The notes beneath the pieces are model-generated. The model had not been told where the DNA came from and did no database searches. It saw only the letters and a list, made by a program, of their open reading frames with translations. From the NCBI GenBank assembly GCA_017991515.1, contig JAGOQI010000003.1, positions 5,921-69,920 on the forward strand: a stretch of 64,000 bases of DNA. The letters are read 5' to 3'. This document shows, piece by piece, positions 35,776 through 44,519 of this stretch. Every line of letters begins with the position of its first letter. The first letter of the stretch is position 1. The stretch is from Minisyncoccota bacterium (GTDB lineage: Bacteria; Patescibacteriota; Minisyncoccia; Phycocordibacterales; UBA9973). A program made the translations under genes and the position numbers.

Positions 35776-38040
35776 ATGAATTTACTTATCGTTGAATCGC
35801 CATCAAAAGCGAAAACTATAGAGAAATATTTAGACGGCGCATACACCGTGCGTGCTTCTGTTGGTCATGTTCGCGACCTTCCAAAGTCCAACAAAAAAGC
35901 TATAGATATAGAAGCTGGTTTTGTTCCTCATTATGAGATTAGTAAAGGTAAAGACAAAGTAGTTGCCGAACTCCAAGACCTTGCAAAAAAAGCCAAAAGT
36001 ATTGTCTTAGCAACCGACCCGGACCGTGAAGGAGAAGCTATTTCTTGGCATATAGAAGAGATATTAAAGGCTGACAAAAAGGTTAAAGCTCCTATTACTC
36101 GTGTAGCCTTTAATGAAATTACAAAAGAAGCAATTCTTGAAGCTTTGAAACACCCTAGAGCTATTGATACAAATCTACGCAAAGCTCAAGAAGCTCGACG
36201 AGTACTCGACAGACTTGTTGGTTATGATCTCTCTGGAATTATCTGGCAAAAAGTTCGCTATGGTTTATCTGCTGGTAGAGTTCAGTCTCCTGCTCTTCGC
36301 ATCTTGGTTGAGAGAGAGCGAGAAATCAAAGCTTTTATCCCAGAGACATATTGGACACTATCTGCTCTATGTAATACTGATAAAAAGACTGCAATAACTT
36401 TCTCTTGTACAGAAGAACCTAGAGATAGAAAAGTTGTCGAACAAATACTCTCTGACGGAAAATCAAAAACTTGGTATGTAAAAGAAGTAAAAGAAAGTGA
36501 ACAAAAGAGATCTCCTCGTGCACCCTTTACTACTTCAACACTTCAACAAACTGCCTCATCAAGACTAGGATTTTCTCCAAGTCGCACTATGCAGGTCGCA
36601 CAAAAACTTTATGAAGCGGGACACATCTCGTATATGCGTACTGACTCGACAACACTTTCAAAACAAGCTCTTGTTTCTATTTCTTCATTGATAGAGAAAA
36701 AGTACGGAAAAGAATATTTGGAAACTCGAGAATATAAAACTAAATCAAAAAATGCCCAAGAAGCTCACGAAGCTATCCGACCAACTCATGTTGAAAAATT
36801 GAGCGCTGGAAATAATGAAGAACAAAAAAGACTTTATGCGCTTATTTGGGAAAGAACAGTTTCCTCACAAATGGTAGATGCTAAACTTTTGAAAACTCGT
36901 ATCTTAGCAAATGTTAAAGACAATAGTATCCCAGACTTTTCTGTAAATGGTAGTCAGTTACTTTTCGCTGGATGGCTTTCAGTAGACCAAGGCGCTCGTG
37001 GAGAAGATGTAGAATTGCCACCAGTTAAAAACGGGGACGCTTTAGAACTAGTTGAACTAACTGATTTAGAAAAACAAACAGAACCACCAAATAGATATTC
37101 AGAAGCTGGGCTTGTTAAAGAACTAGAATCTCGAGGTATTGGCCGACCTTCTACTTATGCAGCCACTATTAGTACTCTTGAGATCCGTGGATATATAGAA
37201 AAAATAAATCGCTCACTAAAACCAACAGATACAGGTGAAGTTGTTTCAACTTTCTTGGAACAAAACTTCATGGAATATATTTCCGATACATTTACTGCTG
37301 ATATGGAAGACCGACTAGATGATATTGCTTCTGGAGAGCGAGACTATGTGAAAACTTTGAAAGAGTTTTATACTCCATTTAAAAAAGAAGTTAAAGAAAA
37401 AGAAAAGCTGGACAAAGCAACAACTCTGGAAGTAGCTGATGCAAAATATAAATGCCCTAAGTGTGGTAGCGGTATGATAGTCAAACTTGGCCGTGGTGGT
37501 AAATTCCTCTCTTGTGATAAGTATCCTGATTGTGATGGAGCTCTAATGATAGATGGTACAGAAATAAAAAAGGATGAACCTATTGGTATTGATCCGGAAA
37601 CAAAACTTCCTATTTTTGTTCTTATTGGAAGATTTGGTCCATATGTTCAACTAGGACTTAAACCTGAAAAAGTAACAAAGCCAAAAAAGGATCCAAATGC
37701 TCCTAAAGCGCCTCGAAGAAAAAAAGGTGATCCGAAACCTGAAAAAGTAGTTCCTATAAAACCAAAAATGGCTTCTATTCCTAAAACTATAGATCCAAGT
37801 ACTGTAACTGTAGAGATGGCGCTTAAATACTTGTCCCTACCTAGGACTCTAGGGCTTCATCCTGAGAGCGAAAAAGAAGTCACTGCTAACAATGGTCGCT
37901 TTGGTCCATATGTTGCCCATGATGGCAATTTCCGCTCTATAAAAGCACCACTGGATGTTTATACTATTACCCTAGAAGAAGCTTTAGTGCTTTTAGCAAT
38001 ACCCAAGAAACCTAGAGGTTTTCAAAAGAAGCAGAAATAA
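35776..38040 (+). CDS. topA: DNA topoisomerase I
   Basis: start placed at MNLLIVESPSKAKTIEKYL (Toprim); active-site region and C-terminal Zn-ribbon (CPKCGSGM...CDKYPDC). Confidence 0.9.
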   Translation: MNLLIVESPSKAKTIEKYLDGAYTVRASVGHVRDLPKSNKKAIDIEAGFVPHYEISKGKDKVVAELQDLAKKAKSIVLATDPDREGEAISWHIEEILKADKKVKAPITRVAFNEITKEAILEALKHPRAIDTNLRKAQEARRVLDRLVGYDLSGIIWQKVRYGLSAGRVQSPALRILVEREREIKAFIPETYWTLSALCNTDKKTAITFSCTEEPRDRKVVEQILSDGKSKTWYVKEVKESEQKRSPRAPFTTSTLQQTASSRLGFSPSRTMQVAQKLYEAGHISYMRTDSTTLSKQALVSISSLIEKKYGKEYLETREYKTKSKNAQEAHEAIRPTHVEKLSAGNNEEQKRLYALIWERTVSSQMVDAKLLKTRILANVKDNSIPDFSVNGSQLLFAGWLSVDQGARGEDVELPPVKNGDALELVELTDLEKQTEPPNRYSEAGLVKELESRGIGRPSTYAATISTLEIRGYIEKINRSLKPTDTGEVVSTFLEQNFMEYISDTFTADMEDRLDDIASGERDYVKTLKEFYTPFKKEVKEKEKLDKATTLEVADAKYKCPKCGSGMIVKLGRGGKFLSCDKYPDCDGALMIDGTEIKKDEPIGIDPETKLPIFVLIGRFGPYVQLGLKPEKVTKPKKDPNAPKAPRRKKGDPKPEKVVPIKPKMASIPKTIDPSTVTVEMALKYLSLPRTLGLHPESEKEVTANNGRFGPYVAHDGNFRSIKAPLDVYTITLEEALVLLAIPKKPRGFQKKQK

Positions 38041-38160
38041 AAAAAGCGCCCTTCTGTAGAAACAGATTGACGCAGACATTGTATGTATCCAAAGTTAAGT
38101 AAAGTAAATAATAGATAACTATTACTGACTAAACTAACAAAATTAGTATAATTATATATC

Positions 38161-39630
38161 ATGAAAAGTAAAGAGTCCCAGCTAAATACCATATTTGAGG
38201 CTAGCCAAAAGACTTTTGAAGCTATTGAAAAAGAGCTAGTAGAAAAGGCATATCATTTTACTGAGAAATACCATACAGATCAGAAAAGAAACAGTGGTGA
38301 GCCTTACTTTTACCACGCCATAGAGGTTGCTAAAAACTGCGCCTCTTTAGGAGCTGATGCCACCACTATTGCTGGTGCTCTTTTGCATGACACACTCGAA
38401 GATACAGAAGCGACAGAAGAAGAGATACTAGAAAACTTTGGTGAAGAAGTTTTATTTTTGGTTTCAGGAGTTACAAAACTTGGTAAGTTGAAATATCAAG
38501 GAGTAGAAAGACATGTGGAGAGTATGCGAAAATTTTTTATTGCACTAGCTGAAGATGTTCGAGTACTACTTATCAAGCTCGCTGACAGACTTCACAATGT
38601 TCAAACACTTGAGCATGTTCGCCCTGAAAAACAAAAAAGAATAGCTATCGAAACTATAGAAGTTTATGCTCCGCTTGCTGGACGCCTCGGTATGGGCAAG
38701 CTCAAAGGTCTACTTGAAAACTACGCCTTCCCTTTCGCCTATCCAGAAGAATATAAAGAAACAAAAAAATTCTTGGACGAAACTGTACCGGAAGCCATCG
38801 GTGTTGTTGAAATTGTAAAAAAAGAAGTAGAAGAAATTTTAATTTCTTTTGGAGTAGATGCCTTAGTAGAGGCTCGGGTAAAACATACTTATAGTCTTTA
38901 TAGAAAACTTGTGAAATACAATATGGAAAAAGAAAAAATCCATGACATTGTAGCTCTGCGAATATTGGTAAAAAATGTAGCGGATTGTTACCAAGTCTTT
39001 GGTCTTATGCATATGCAATGGAAACCTATACCAAATAGAGTAAAAGACTGGATAGCGGTACCAAAGCCAAATGGTTATAAATCACTTCATACAACAGTCA
39101 TCACTCCAGGCGGCGTAGTCGAAATACAGATAAGAACAGAGGAGATGCACTCTGATGCCGAACTAGGCATAGCTTCACACTTAGTTTATAAAGAAGTAAC
39201 AACAGGTGAAAAAGTTCCACAAAAACAACAAAGAGCTTGGTTGGCCCAACTAAAAGAACTTTCTAATTTAGTAGAAAGTGTTGATGATATGAATGAGCTC
39301 AAACTCGACTTTTTCAACCATCGTATCTTCGTATTCACACCCAAAGGAGATGTGGTAGACCTTCCAGAGGATTCTGGTCCTATAGATTTTGCTTATGCTA
39401 TTCACTCAGACATCGGAGACACACTGAGCTCTGTAAAAATAAATAGAAAAATGTCGAGCATAGAGACAGTATTAAAAAATGGAGATATCGTAGAGATAAC
39501 TACTAGCAAAAATGCACATCCAAGTAGTAAATGGTTAGAATATACAAAAACAAGTTTTGCTAGACGCAAAATTAGACACTATATAGAAGAGCACGGAGGA
39601 TTGGCGGAAAAATTTTTAGCAAAAGAATAA
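38161..39630 (+). CDS. rel: bifunctional (p)ppGpp synthetase/hydrolase, short RelA/SpoT homologue (HD + synthetase + TGS, no ACT domain)
   Basis: 489 aa; HD hydrolase motif (HDTLED), synthetase region (..ALRILVKNVADCYQVFGLMH..) and TGS-like end (FVFTPKGDVVDLPEDSGPIDFAYAIHSDIGD). Confidence 0.8.
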   Translation: MKSKESQLNTIFEASQKTFEAIEKELVEKAYHFTEKYHTDQKRNSGEPYFYHAIEVAKNCASLGADATTIAGALLHDTLEDTEATEEEILENFGEEVLFLVSGVTKLGKLKYQGVERHVESMRKFFIALAEDVRVLLIKLADRLHNVQTLEHVRPEKQKRIAIETIEVYAPLAGRLGMGKLKGLLENYAFPFAYPEEYKETKKFLDETVPEAIGVVEIVKKEVEEILISFGVDALVEARVKHTYSLYRKLVKYNMEKEKIHDIVALRILVKNVADCYQVFGLMHMQWKPIPNRVKDWIAVPKPNGYKSLHTTVITPGGVVEIQIRTEEMHSDAELGIASHLVYKEVTTGEKVPQKQQRAWLAQLKELSNLVESVDDMNELKLDFFNHRIFVFTPKGDVVDLPEDSGPIDFAYAIHSDIGDTLSSVKINRKMSSIETVLKNGDIVEITTSKNAHPSSKWLEYTKTSFARRKIRHYIEEHGGLAEKFLAKE

Positions 39631-39631
39631 T

Positions 39632-40672
39632 TTATAGAGAAAAGTTTTTGATATTATACAAATCATCCACCTCTTTTTCATCCTCTACTACTTCTTCTTT
39701 ACTTCTATCATCTAATAGTCCTACCTCTTCTTTTTCTGAAGTTATTTCCTCTGGAGCGTCCTTTGCTACCTGCTCACCTTCTTTACTCGCAATAAAAGCC
39801 TTGAAGTTTTCTTCGGTACTTCCTCGTGCTTGTGCCTTTCCAAGAACATCAACTATCACATCTAAATCTTCATTGGAGAAATAATCAATAGTTATCTTGC
39901 CTCCTTCTCCGGCTTGTTGAATATGCACTCTGGTACCGAGTTTATCCTGTAAATGCTTTTCTATTTCTAGAAGTTCAGGTGTTGGTAAAAGCTCCTTTTT
40001 ACGAGCCTTATCTGTCGCTATACGACGAGCTATACGCTCTGCCTCTCGCACTGATATCTTGCGATAAACTATTTCTTTGAAAAGAGTCATTTGTTCTTCT
40101 GGTCGGCTTGAGAGCATCAGAAGTGGTCGAGTATGTCCTTCATTTATTTTTCCAGCAGAAAGCGCATCCAAAAATTCTTGTGGCATCAAAAGTAATCTCA
40201 TAGAGTTTGAAACATGTTCGCGACTCTTTCCAACTTTTTGTCCTATTTGAGCATGTGTGAATTTAAATTCTTCTGCAAGTCTAGAATAAGCTCTAGCTCT
40301 TTCAACAGCATTCAAATCTTCTCTTTGAACATTTTCAATGATTGCAAGCTCAAGCTTCATCATTGGATCGTCTCCAACTCGTATAATCACAGGCACTTGT
40401 GAAATACCAGCGAGCTTTGAAGCCCGAAGTCGTCGCTCTCCAGCAATGAGTTCATACTCTGTTACCAGTCCTCCATCTGGAGTTTCTTTTTCAATCCGAG
40501 AAACAGTAAGTGGTTGTAAGACTCCGTACTGACGAATAGAGTCAGCCAAATCATTAAGTGGACCTTCTTCAAATTCACGACGAGGTTGGTATGGATTCGG
40601 GAAAATTTTATCGGTGTCGATAAAGAAAATTGAATTTGAATAAAGGTTAGACATGATCATATAATAACACAA
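39632..40672 (-). CDS. parB: chromosome partitioning protein ParB/Spo0J
   Basis: ParB box (..VLQPLTVSRIEK..YELIAGERRLRASKLAG..); start uncertain, alternative Met codons at 40660 and 40654. Confidence 0.8.
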   Translation of the reverse strand: MCYYMIMSNLYSNSIFFIDTDKIFPNPYQPRREFEEGPLNDLADSIRQYGVLQPLTVSRIEKETPDGGLVTEYELIAGERRLRASKLAGISQVPVIIRVGDDPMMKLELAIIENVQREDLNAVERARAYSRLAEEFKFTHAQIGQKVGKSREHVSNSMRLLLMPQEFLDALSAGKINEGHTRPLLMLSSRPEEQMTLFKEIVYRKISVREAERIARRIATDKARKKELLPTPELLEIEKHLQDKLGTRVHIQQAGEGGKITIDYFSNEDLDVIVDVLGKAQARGSTEENFKAFIASKEGEQVAKDAPEEITSEKEEVGLLDDRSKEEVVEDEKEVDDLYNIKNFSL

Positions 40673-40701
40673 AAATTTTTTGGAATAAAAAATAGACTCT
40701 T

Positions 40702-40730
40702 ATTTACTTCCCTGTTAAACCATGTAAAAT
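40702..40730 (+). promoter_or_regulatory. candidate promoter for tRNA-Leu/miaA with extended -10 (TGTAAAAT, 40723-40730)
   Basis: TGn-TAAAAT ~20 nt upstream of the tRNA 5' end; -35 weak. Confidence 0.3.
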
Positions 40731-40749
40731 AAGCTTTGTTACAAAAATT

Positions 40750-40833
40750 GCCCGAGTGGCGGAATGGTAGACGCGCTCGACTCAAAATCGAGTCTCGTAA
40801 GGGGTGGGAGTTCAAGTCTCCCCTCGGGCACCA
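40750..40833 (+). tRNA. tRNA-Leu (anticodon CAA), long variable arm, CCA encoded
   Basis: GCCCGAGTGGCGGAATGGTAGACGCGCTCGACTCAAAATCGAGTCTCGTAAGGGGTGGGAGTTCAAGTCTCCCCTCGGGCACCA. Confidence 0.9.
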
Positions 40834-40834
40834 T

Positions 40835-41653
40835 ATGGAAAAGATAATAGTAGTTTGTGGGCCGACAGCTACAGGTAAAAGTGATTATGCAGTAGAGCTT
40901 GCCAAGAAAGTTGGTGGTGAGGTTGTTTCTGCAGACTCACGACAGATATACAAAGGTTTAGATATTGGTAGTGGCAAAATTACCAAAAGAGAAATGAAAG
41001 GTGTTCCCCATCACTTACTAGATGTCGCAAATCCAAAAAGAGTATTTTCTGTAACACAATATAAAAAACTTGCTGACAAAGCAATCAAAGATATTTTGTC
41101 TCGTGGCAAAACTCCTATCATAGCTGGTGGAACAGGCTTTTATATTGATGCTATTATTTGCGACATTGTATTTCCTGCTGTACCTCCAAACAAAACCTTA
41201 CGAAAAGAATTAGAAAAACTATCTCTTGAAAAATTACAAGAAAAATTAGAAAATCTTGATCCGAGACGTTTCAATCTAGTAGACCAGAAAAACAAAGTTA
41301 GACTTATCAGAGCAATAGAAATAGCGACAGTACTGGGATCTGTACCTGAATTAAAGAAAACAAACTCTTACGATGTAGAGTGGATATGCTTGGACTTCTC
41401 TGATGACATACTGAAAGAGCGAATTCATATTCGTCTATTCGCGCGAATAAGGGGTATAGTTACAGAGGTAAAAAGATTGCACACTGAGGGTGTCTCTTGG
41501 AAAAGATTAGAGTCTTTAGGATTAGAATATAAGTATATGGCTCTTTATTTACAAAAGAAAATCTCAAGAGAAGAAATGGTAAGTGGGATTGAAAAAGATA
41601 GTTGGCAATATGCAAAACGCCAAAGAACTTGGTTTAAAAAATACGCAAAATAA
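40835..41653 (+). CDS. miaA: tRNA dimethylallyltransferase (MiaA)
   Basis: start placed at MEKIIVVCGPTATGKSDYAVELAKK (P-loop) ...DSRQIYKGLDIGSGK; the ORF-track start upstream overlaps the tRNA. Confidence 0.85.
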   Translation: MEKIIVVCGPTATGKSDYAVELAKKVGGEVVSADSRQIYKGLDIGSGKITKREMKGVPHHLLDVANPKRVFSVTQYKKLADKAIKDILSRGKTPIIAGGTGFYIDAIICDIVFPAVPPNKTLRKELEKLSLEKLQEKLENLDPRRFNLVDQKNKVRLIRAIEIATVLGSVPELKKTNSYDVEWICLDFSDDILKERIHIRLFARIRGIVTEVKRLHTEGVSWKRLESLGLEYKYMALYLQKKISREEMVSGIEKDSWQYAKRQRTWFKKYAK

Positions 41654-41680
41654 AAAATACCTAATTTAGGTATTTTTTAT
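41652..41680. terminator. bidirectional terminator between convergent miaA and tRNA-Trp
   Basis: acctaa/ttaggt hairpin flanked by A6 and T6. Confidence 0.6.
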
Positions 41681-41684
41681 TTTG

Positions 41685-41756
41685 CGGGCCCACCAGGACT
41701 CGAACCTGGAACTGCGGTTTTGGAGACCGATATTTTACCATTGAAACTATAAGCCC
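41685..41756 (-). tRNA. tRNA-Trp (anticodon CCA)
   Basis: GGGCTTATAGTTTCAATGGTAAAATATCGGTCTCCAAAACCGCAGTTCCAGGTTCGAGTCCTGGTGGGCCCG. Confidence 0.85.
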
Positions 41757-41773
41757 GTAACGAAAAGACTATA

Positions 41774-41804
41774 CCAAAAAAGTAGCTCTTGAGCTACTTT
41801 TTTG
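41774..41804 (-). terminator. hairpin (gtagctc/gagctac) with flanking A/T runs between rpmG and tRNA-Trp; terminator or processing/attenuation site
   Basis: palindrome read directly; A5 upstream, T6 downstream. Confidence 0.4.
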
Positions 41805-41838
41805 ACTTTACAACTTTATGAACTTTTAACTTGATAAC

Positions 41839-41997
41839 TTACTTTTTTGATTCTTTGAAAGTTATAACTTTTCGAAGCTTTTTAGAGTATTTTTTGAACT
41901 CAAGTTTGATACCTGCAAGTTTCTTGCGGTTTTTAGTAGACCAGTAAGTCTCGCCTGTTTCTTTATTTACTAATTTCACTAGATTTTGTTGTGGCAT
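41839..41997 (-). CDS. rpmG: 50S ribosomal protein bL33 (non-zinc form); not in the ORF track
   Basis: 52 aa MPQQNLVKLVNKETGETYWSTKNRKKLAGIKLEFKKYSKKLRKVITFKESKK matches the bL33 pattern Y.TTKNK+N.....ELKKY.P.L++H..HKE.K; classic rpmG-tRNA-Trp linkage. Confidence 0.7.
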   Translation of the reverse strand: MPQQNLVKLVNKETGETYWSTKNRKKLAGIKLEFKKYSKKLRKVITFKESKK

Positions 41998-42113
41998 AGT
42001 GGCAAAACTATATCAGAAAAGCCTATTTTGAGCAAATGTCTTAAGCTTGACTTTTTATAATTAAAGTGTTATTATAATAAAAATTTTAACTCACCAAACC
42101 CAAGTTCTTTATT

Positions 42114-42539
42114 ATGACAAATAATATCCCCTACTCACCTCAACATGGTGACAGCTTATCAACAAAAAAAGGCAATCTTTTAATTTGTGTTAAAAAACCA
42201 AACAACCCAGGAAAACATTATTTCTATATGGATTCTAAGGGAAACTATTTAGTTTGTGAATATACAAAAAAAACAGGTTTACTGCCTAATAAAACAGAGT
42301 GGAATTTCTTGTTTAGCCAAACAAATAAAGTTACTCAACTAACCAATGAACAACTAAGTGTAGCCGAGGATCTTATTGCTTATATAATCCAGGATCATAT
42401 ATATCCGTGGAAAATTACAGAAGTAAGAGAAAATATGGCTCAACTTGCTAAATTTGAACCAGGCCGTAATGTTGGTACTTTCGCTAATATTCCAGGCTTG
42501 GCAAAGGTGGCAGAAAAATTTGCAAAAACTGGCTCTTAA
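42114..42539 (+). CDS. hypothetical protein
   Basis: 141-aa ORF followed by a strong terminator; no motif recognised. Confidence 0.5.
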   Translation: MTNNIPYSPQHGDSLSTKKGNLLICVKKPNNPGKHYFYMDSKGNYLVCEYTKKTGLLPNKTEWNFLFSQTNKVTQLTNEQLSVAEDLIAYIIQDHIYPWKITEVRENMAQLAKFEPGRNVGTFANIPGLAKVAEKFAKTGS

Positions 42540-42557
42540 AAACTGTTAAAAATTTAT

Positions 42558-42596
42558 AAATCCTATAACTTATTCAAGTTATAGGATTTTTTTTCT
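42558..42596 (+). terminator. intrinsic terminator (atcctataac-loop-gttataggat + T9)
   Basis: 10-bp perfect stem followed by a T-run. Confidence 0.7.
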
Positions 42597-42625
42597 TGCA
42601 TAATTTTTGTATTCTGTGGTACAAC

Positions 42626-43087
42626 ATGTCTATTATGACTAGACTTGAACGAAACAAAGTAAGACTAGAGAAAGGTGCGGACAAAGCCACCAAGTGGATA
42701 GGTTCTACATCTTCTCTTATTTTTCACACAATAGTTTTTGTGACAGCTTTTGCACTACCTACTATAGGTGTTATATCTTTCGATAGAATGCTTTTGGGTA
42801 TTACTACTATAGTTTCTTTGGAGGCTATTTATTTGGCTATTTTTATACAAATGTCGGTTAATAAAAACACTGAAGATATCGAGGATATTCAGGAAGATGT
42901 GGAAGAGATTCAAGAAGACATTGAGGAGATTGAAAAAGATGTTGATGAGATTCAGGAGGACATTGAAGAGATAGAAGAAGATAGCGAGGAGGACCAAAGA
43001 ATAGAAGCTAAAGAAGCTCAGGCTATTACTGCTATTCAAACTATCCTGACGCAGTTACAAAAAGAAATTGAGCAATTGAAGAAATAA
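42626..43087 (+). CDS. DUF1003-like membrane protein with C-terminal acidic tandem repeats
   Basis: 2 TM segments with a ..SLEAIYLAIFIQMSVNK.. core resembling the DUF1003 motif, then ~7 tandem repeats EDIEDIQEDVEEIQEDIEEIEKDVDEIQEDIEEIEED; start placed at MSIMTR. Confidence 0.55.
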   Translation: MSIMTRLERNKVRLEKGADKATKWIGSTSSLIFHTIVFVTAFALPTIGVISFDRMLLGITTIVSLEAIYLAIFIQMSVNKNTEDIEDIQEDVEEIQEDIEEIEKDVDEIQEDIEEIEEDSEEDQRIEAKEAQAITAIQTILTQLQKEIEQLKK

Positions 43088-43089
43088 AT

Positions 43090-43124
43090 AAAGCCTGAAT
43101 ATTAATTAAAATATTCAGGCTTTA
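43090..43124. terminator. bidirectional terminator between convergent genes (aagcctgaatatt / aatattcaggctt)
   Basis: 13-bp palindrome. Confidence 0.6.
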
Positions 43125-43126
43125 AT

Positions 43127-43357
43127 TTAATCTTTTTCAAACGGAGTAATCGGCATATCTTCAATAGCTTTTTTGAAGAATCTTAAACCGCTAATCAAAT
43201 AGCAGAAAGCGATTATAAATATAACCATAGCAACAACCGCTAGTAAGCTAGTGAAGCTACGACTAAGATCGCCATTAAAATATGTAAATCCATCCGTTTT
43301 TAAATATGTAAAGAAAATTAAACCAACAACCATAAGAAAAATTATAAACTTTTTCAT
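43127..43357 (-). CDS. hypothetical small membrane protein (2 TM)
   Basis: 76-aa hydrophobic ORF. Confidence 0.4.
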   Translation of the reverse strand: MKKFIIFLMVVGLIFFTYLKTDGFTYFNGDLSRSFTSLLAVVAMVIFIIAFCYLISGLRFFKKAIEDMPITPFEKD

Positions 43358-43479
43358 AATATTTTGATTTTTTGTTTAGATAATTATAGCACCTTTTGTG
43401 TATAAAGTCAATAGCACAATATTAGCTATAAATGTCAACTAAATCATGTGTATTCGCAAGGACTGTCCTTGCGAGGGTT

Positions 43480-44481
43480 TTAGATCATAAATTCTATAAC
43501 ATCACCGTCTTTCACAACATATTCCTTCCCTTCTGTCCTCACAAGGCCTTTGGTACGGGCTTCGGCATAACTTCCAGAGTTTAATAAATCTTGCCAGAAA
43601 ATGACTTGGGCACGGATAAATTTGTCTTTAAAATCAGTATGTATAGCCATACCTGCAACAGGTGCCGTAGAACCTATTTTGATAGTCCAAGCGCGAGTTT
43701 CAGCTACGCCTGTGGTGAAATATGTTTCAAGATTTAGAAGCTTGTAACACTGTTTTATCATTTCATCAAAACCTGTTTCAAAAACTGGGTCTAGCTCTAC
43801 ATATGGGCCGTCTAATCCAGATATAACCTCACTAATTTTATTTTCATTAGCGGCTGAAGTGTTCAGTGCATAAAGCATAGGCTTCATAGTAAGTAAGTTC
43901 AGCTGAGCAACTAAAGGTTTTTCAAATTCATCAAAAGATAAAGTATTTGCCATGACTTCATTTTCAAGAGCAGATTTTAATTTCTCAAGTGCTTCGTGCA
44001 AGATAACAGCTTCTTTACCTCCCCTTTTTTGATCTTTACTATTTGATTCAAGCCTTTTATTTACTGTTTCTAAGTCAGATAAAATAAGTTCTAGATTTAT
44101 AACTCCAATATCAAAAAGTGGGTCTACCTTATTTGCAACATGAATAACATCTTTGTCTTCAAAAACTCGTACCATATGAAGTATGGCATCAGTCTCGCGA
44201 ATATTTGCTAAGAATTTATTGCCTAAGCCTTCCCCTTTCGATGCTCCTGCAACAAGTCCGGCAATATCTACGAATTCTATAGCTGCTGGTATAGTGCGCT
44301 CTGTTTTAGAAAAATCTGCAAGCTTATAAAGCCTCTCATCAGGAACAGCAACTATGCCGACTGACGGATCGATAGTACAAAATGGGTAGTTTTCAGCAGG
44401 TACGCCTTTTTTGGTGAGCGCATTAAATAGAGTTGATTTGCCGACATTAGGTAGTCCGACTATACCGATAGATAGTGACAT
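43480..44481 (-). CDS. ychF: ribosome-binding ATPase YchF (Obg-family GTPase fold with TGS domain)
   Basis: 333 aa; G1 GLPNVGKST, ..NYPFCTIDP.., C-terminal TGS ..[10 protein letters not shown]. Confidence 0.85.
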   Translation of the reverse strand: MSLSIGIVGLPNVGKSTLFNALTKKGVPAENYPFCTIDPSVGIVAVPDERLYKLADFSKTERTIPAAIEFVDIAGLVAGASKGEGLGNKFLANIRETDAILHMVRVFEDKDVIHVANKVDPLFDIGVINLELILSDLETVNKRLESNSKDQKRGGKEAVILHEALEKLKSALENEVMANTLSFDEFEKPLVAQLNLLTMKPMLYALNTSAANENKISEVISGLDGPYVELDPVFETGFDEMIKQCYKLLNLETYFTTGVAETRAWTIKIGSTAPVAGMAIHTDFKDKFIRAQVIFWQDLLNSGSYAEARTKGLVRTEGKEYVVKDGDVIEFMI

Positions 44482-44519
44482 ATGCGAAACAATATAACAA
44501 AATACTAGTTAAAAGTCAC

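Noticed and set aside
43420-43470. Hairpin cgcaaggactgtccttgcg upstream of ychF
   Set aside because: No adjacent T-run in the orientation of either neighbouring gene; not convincing as a terminator
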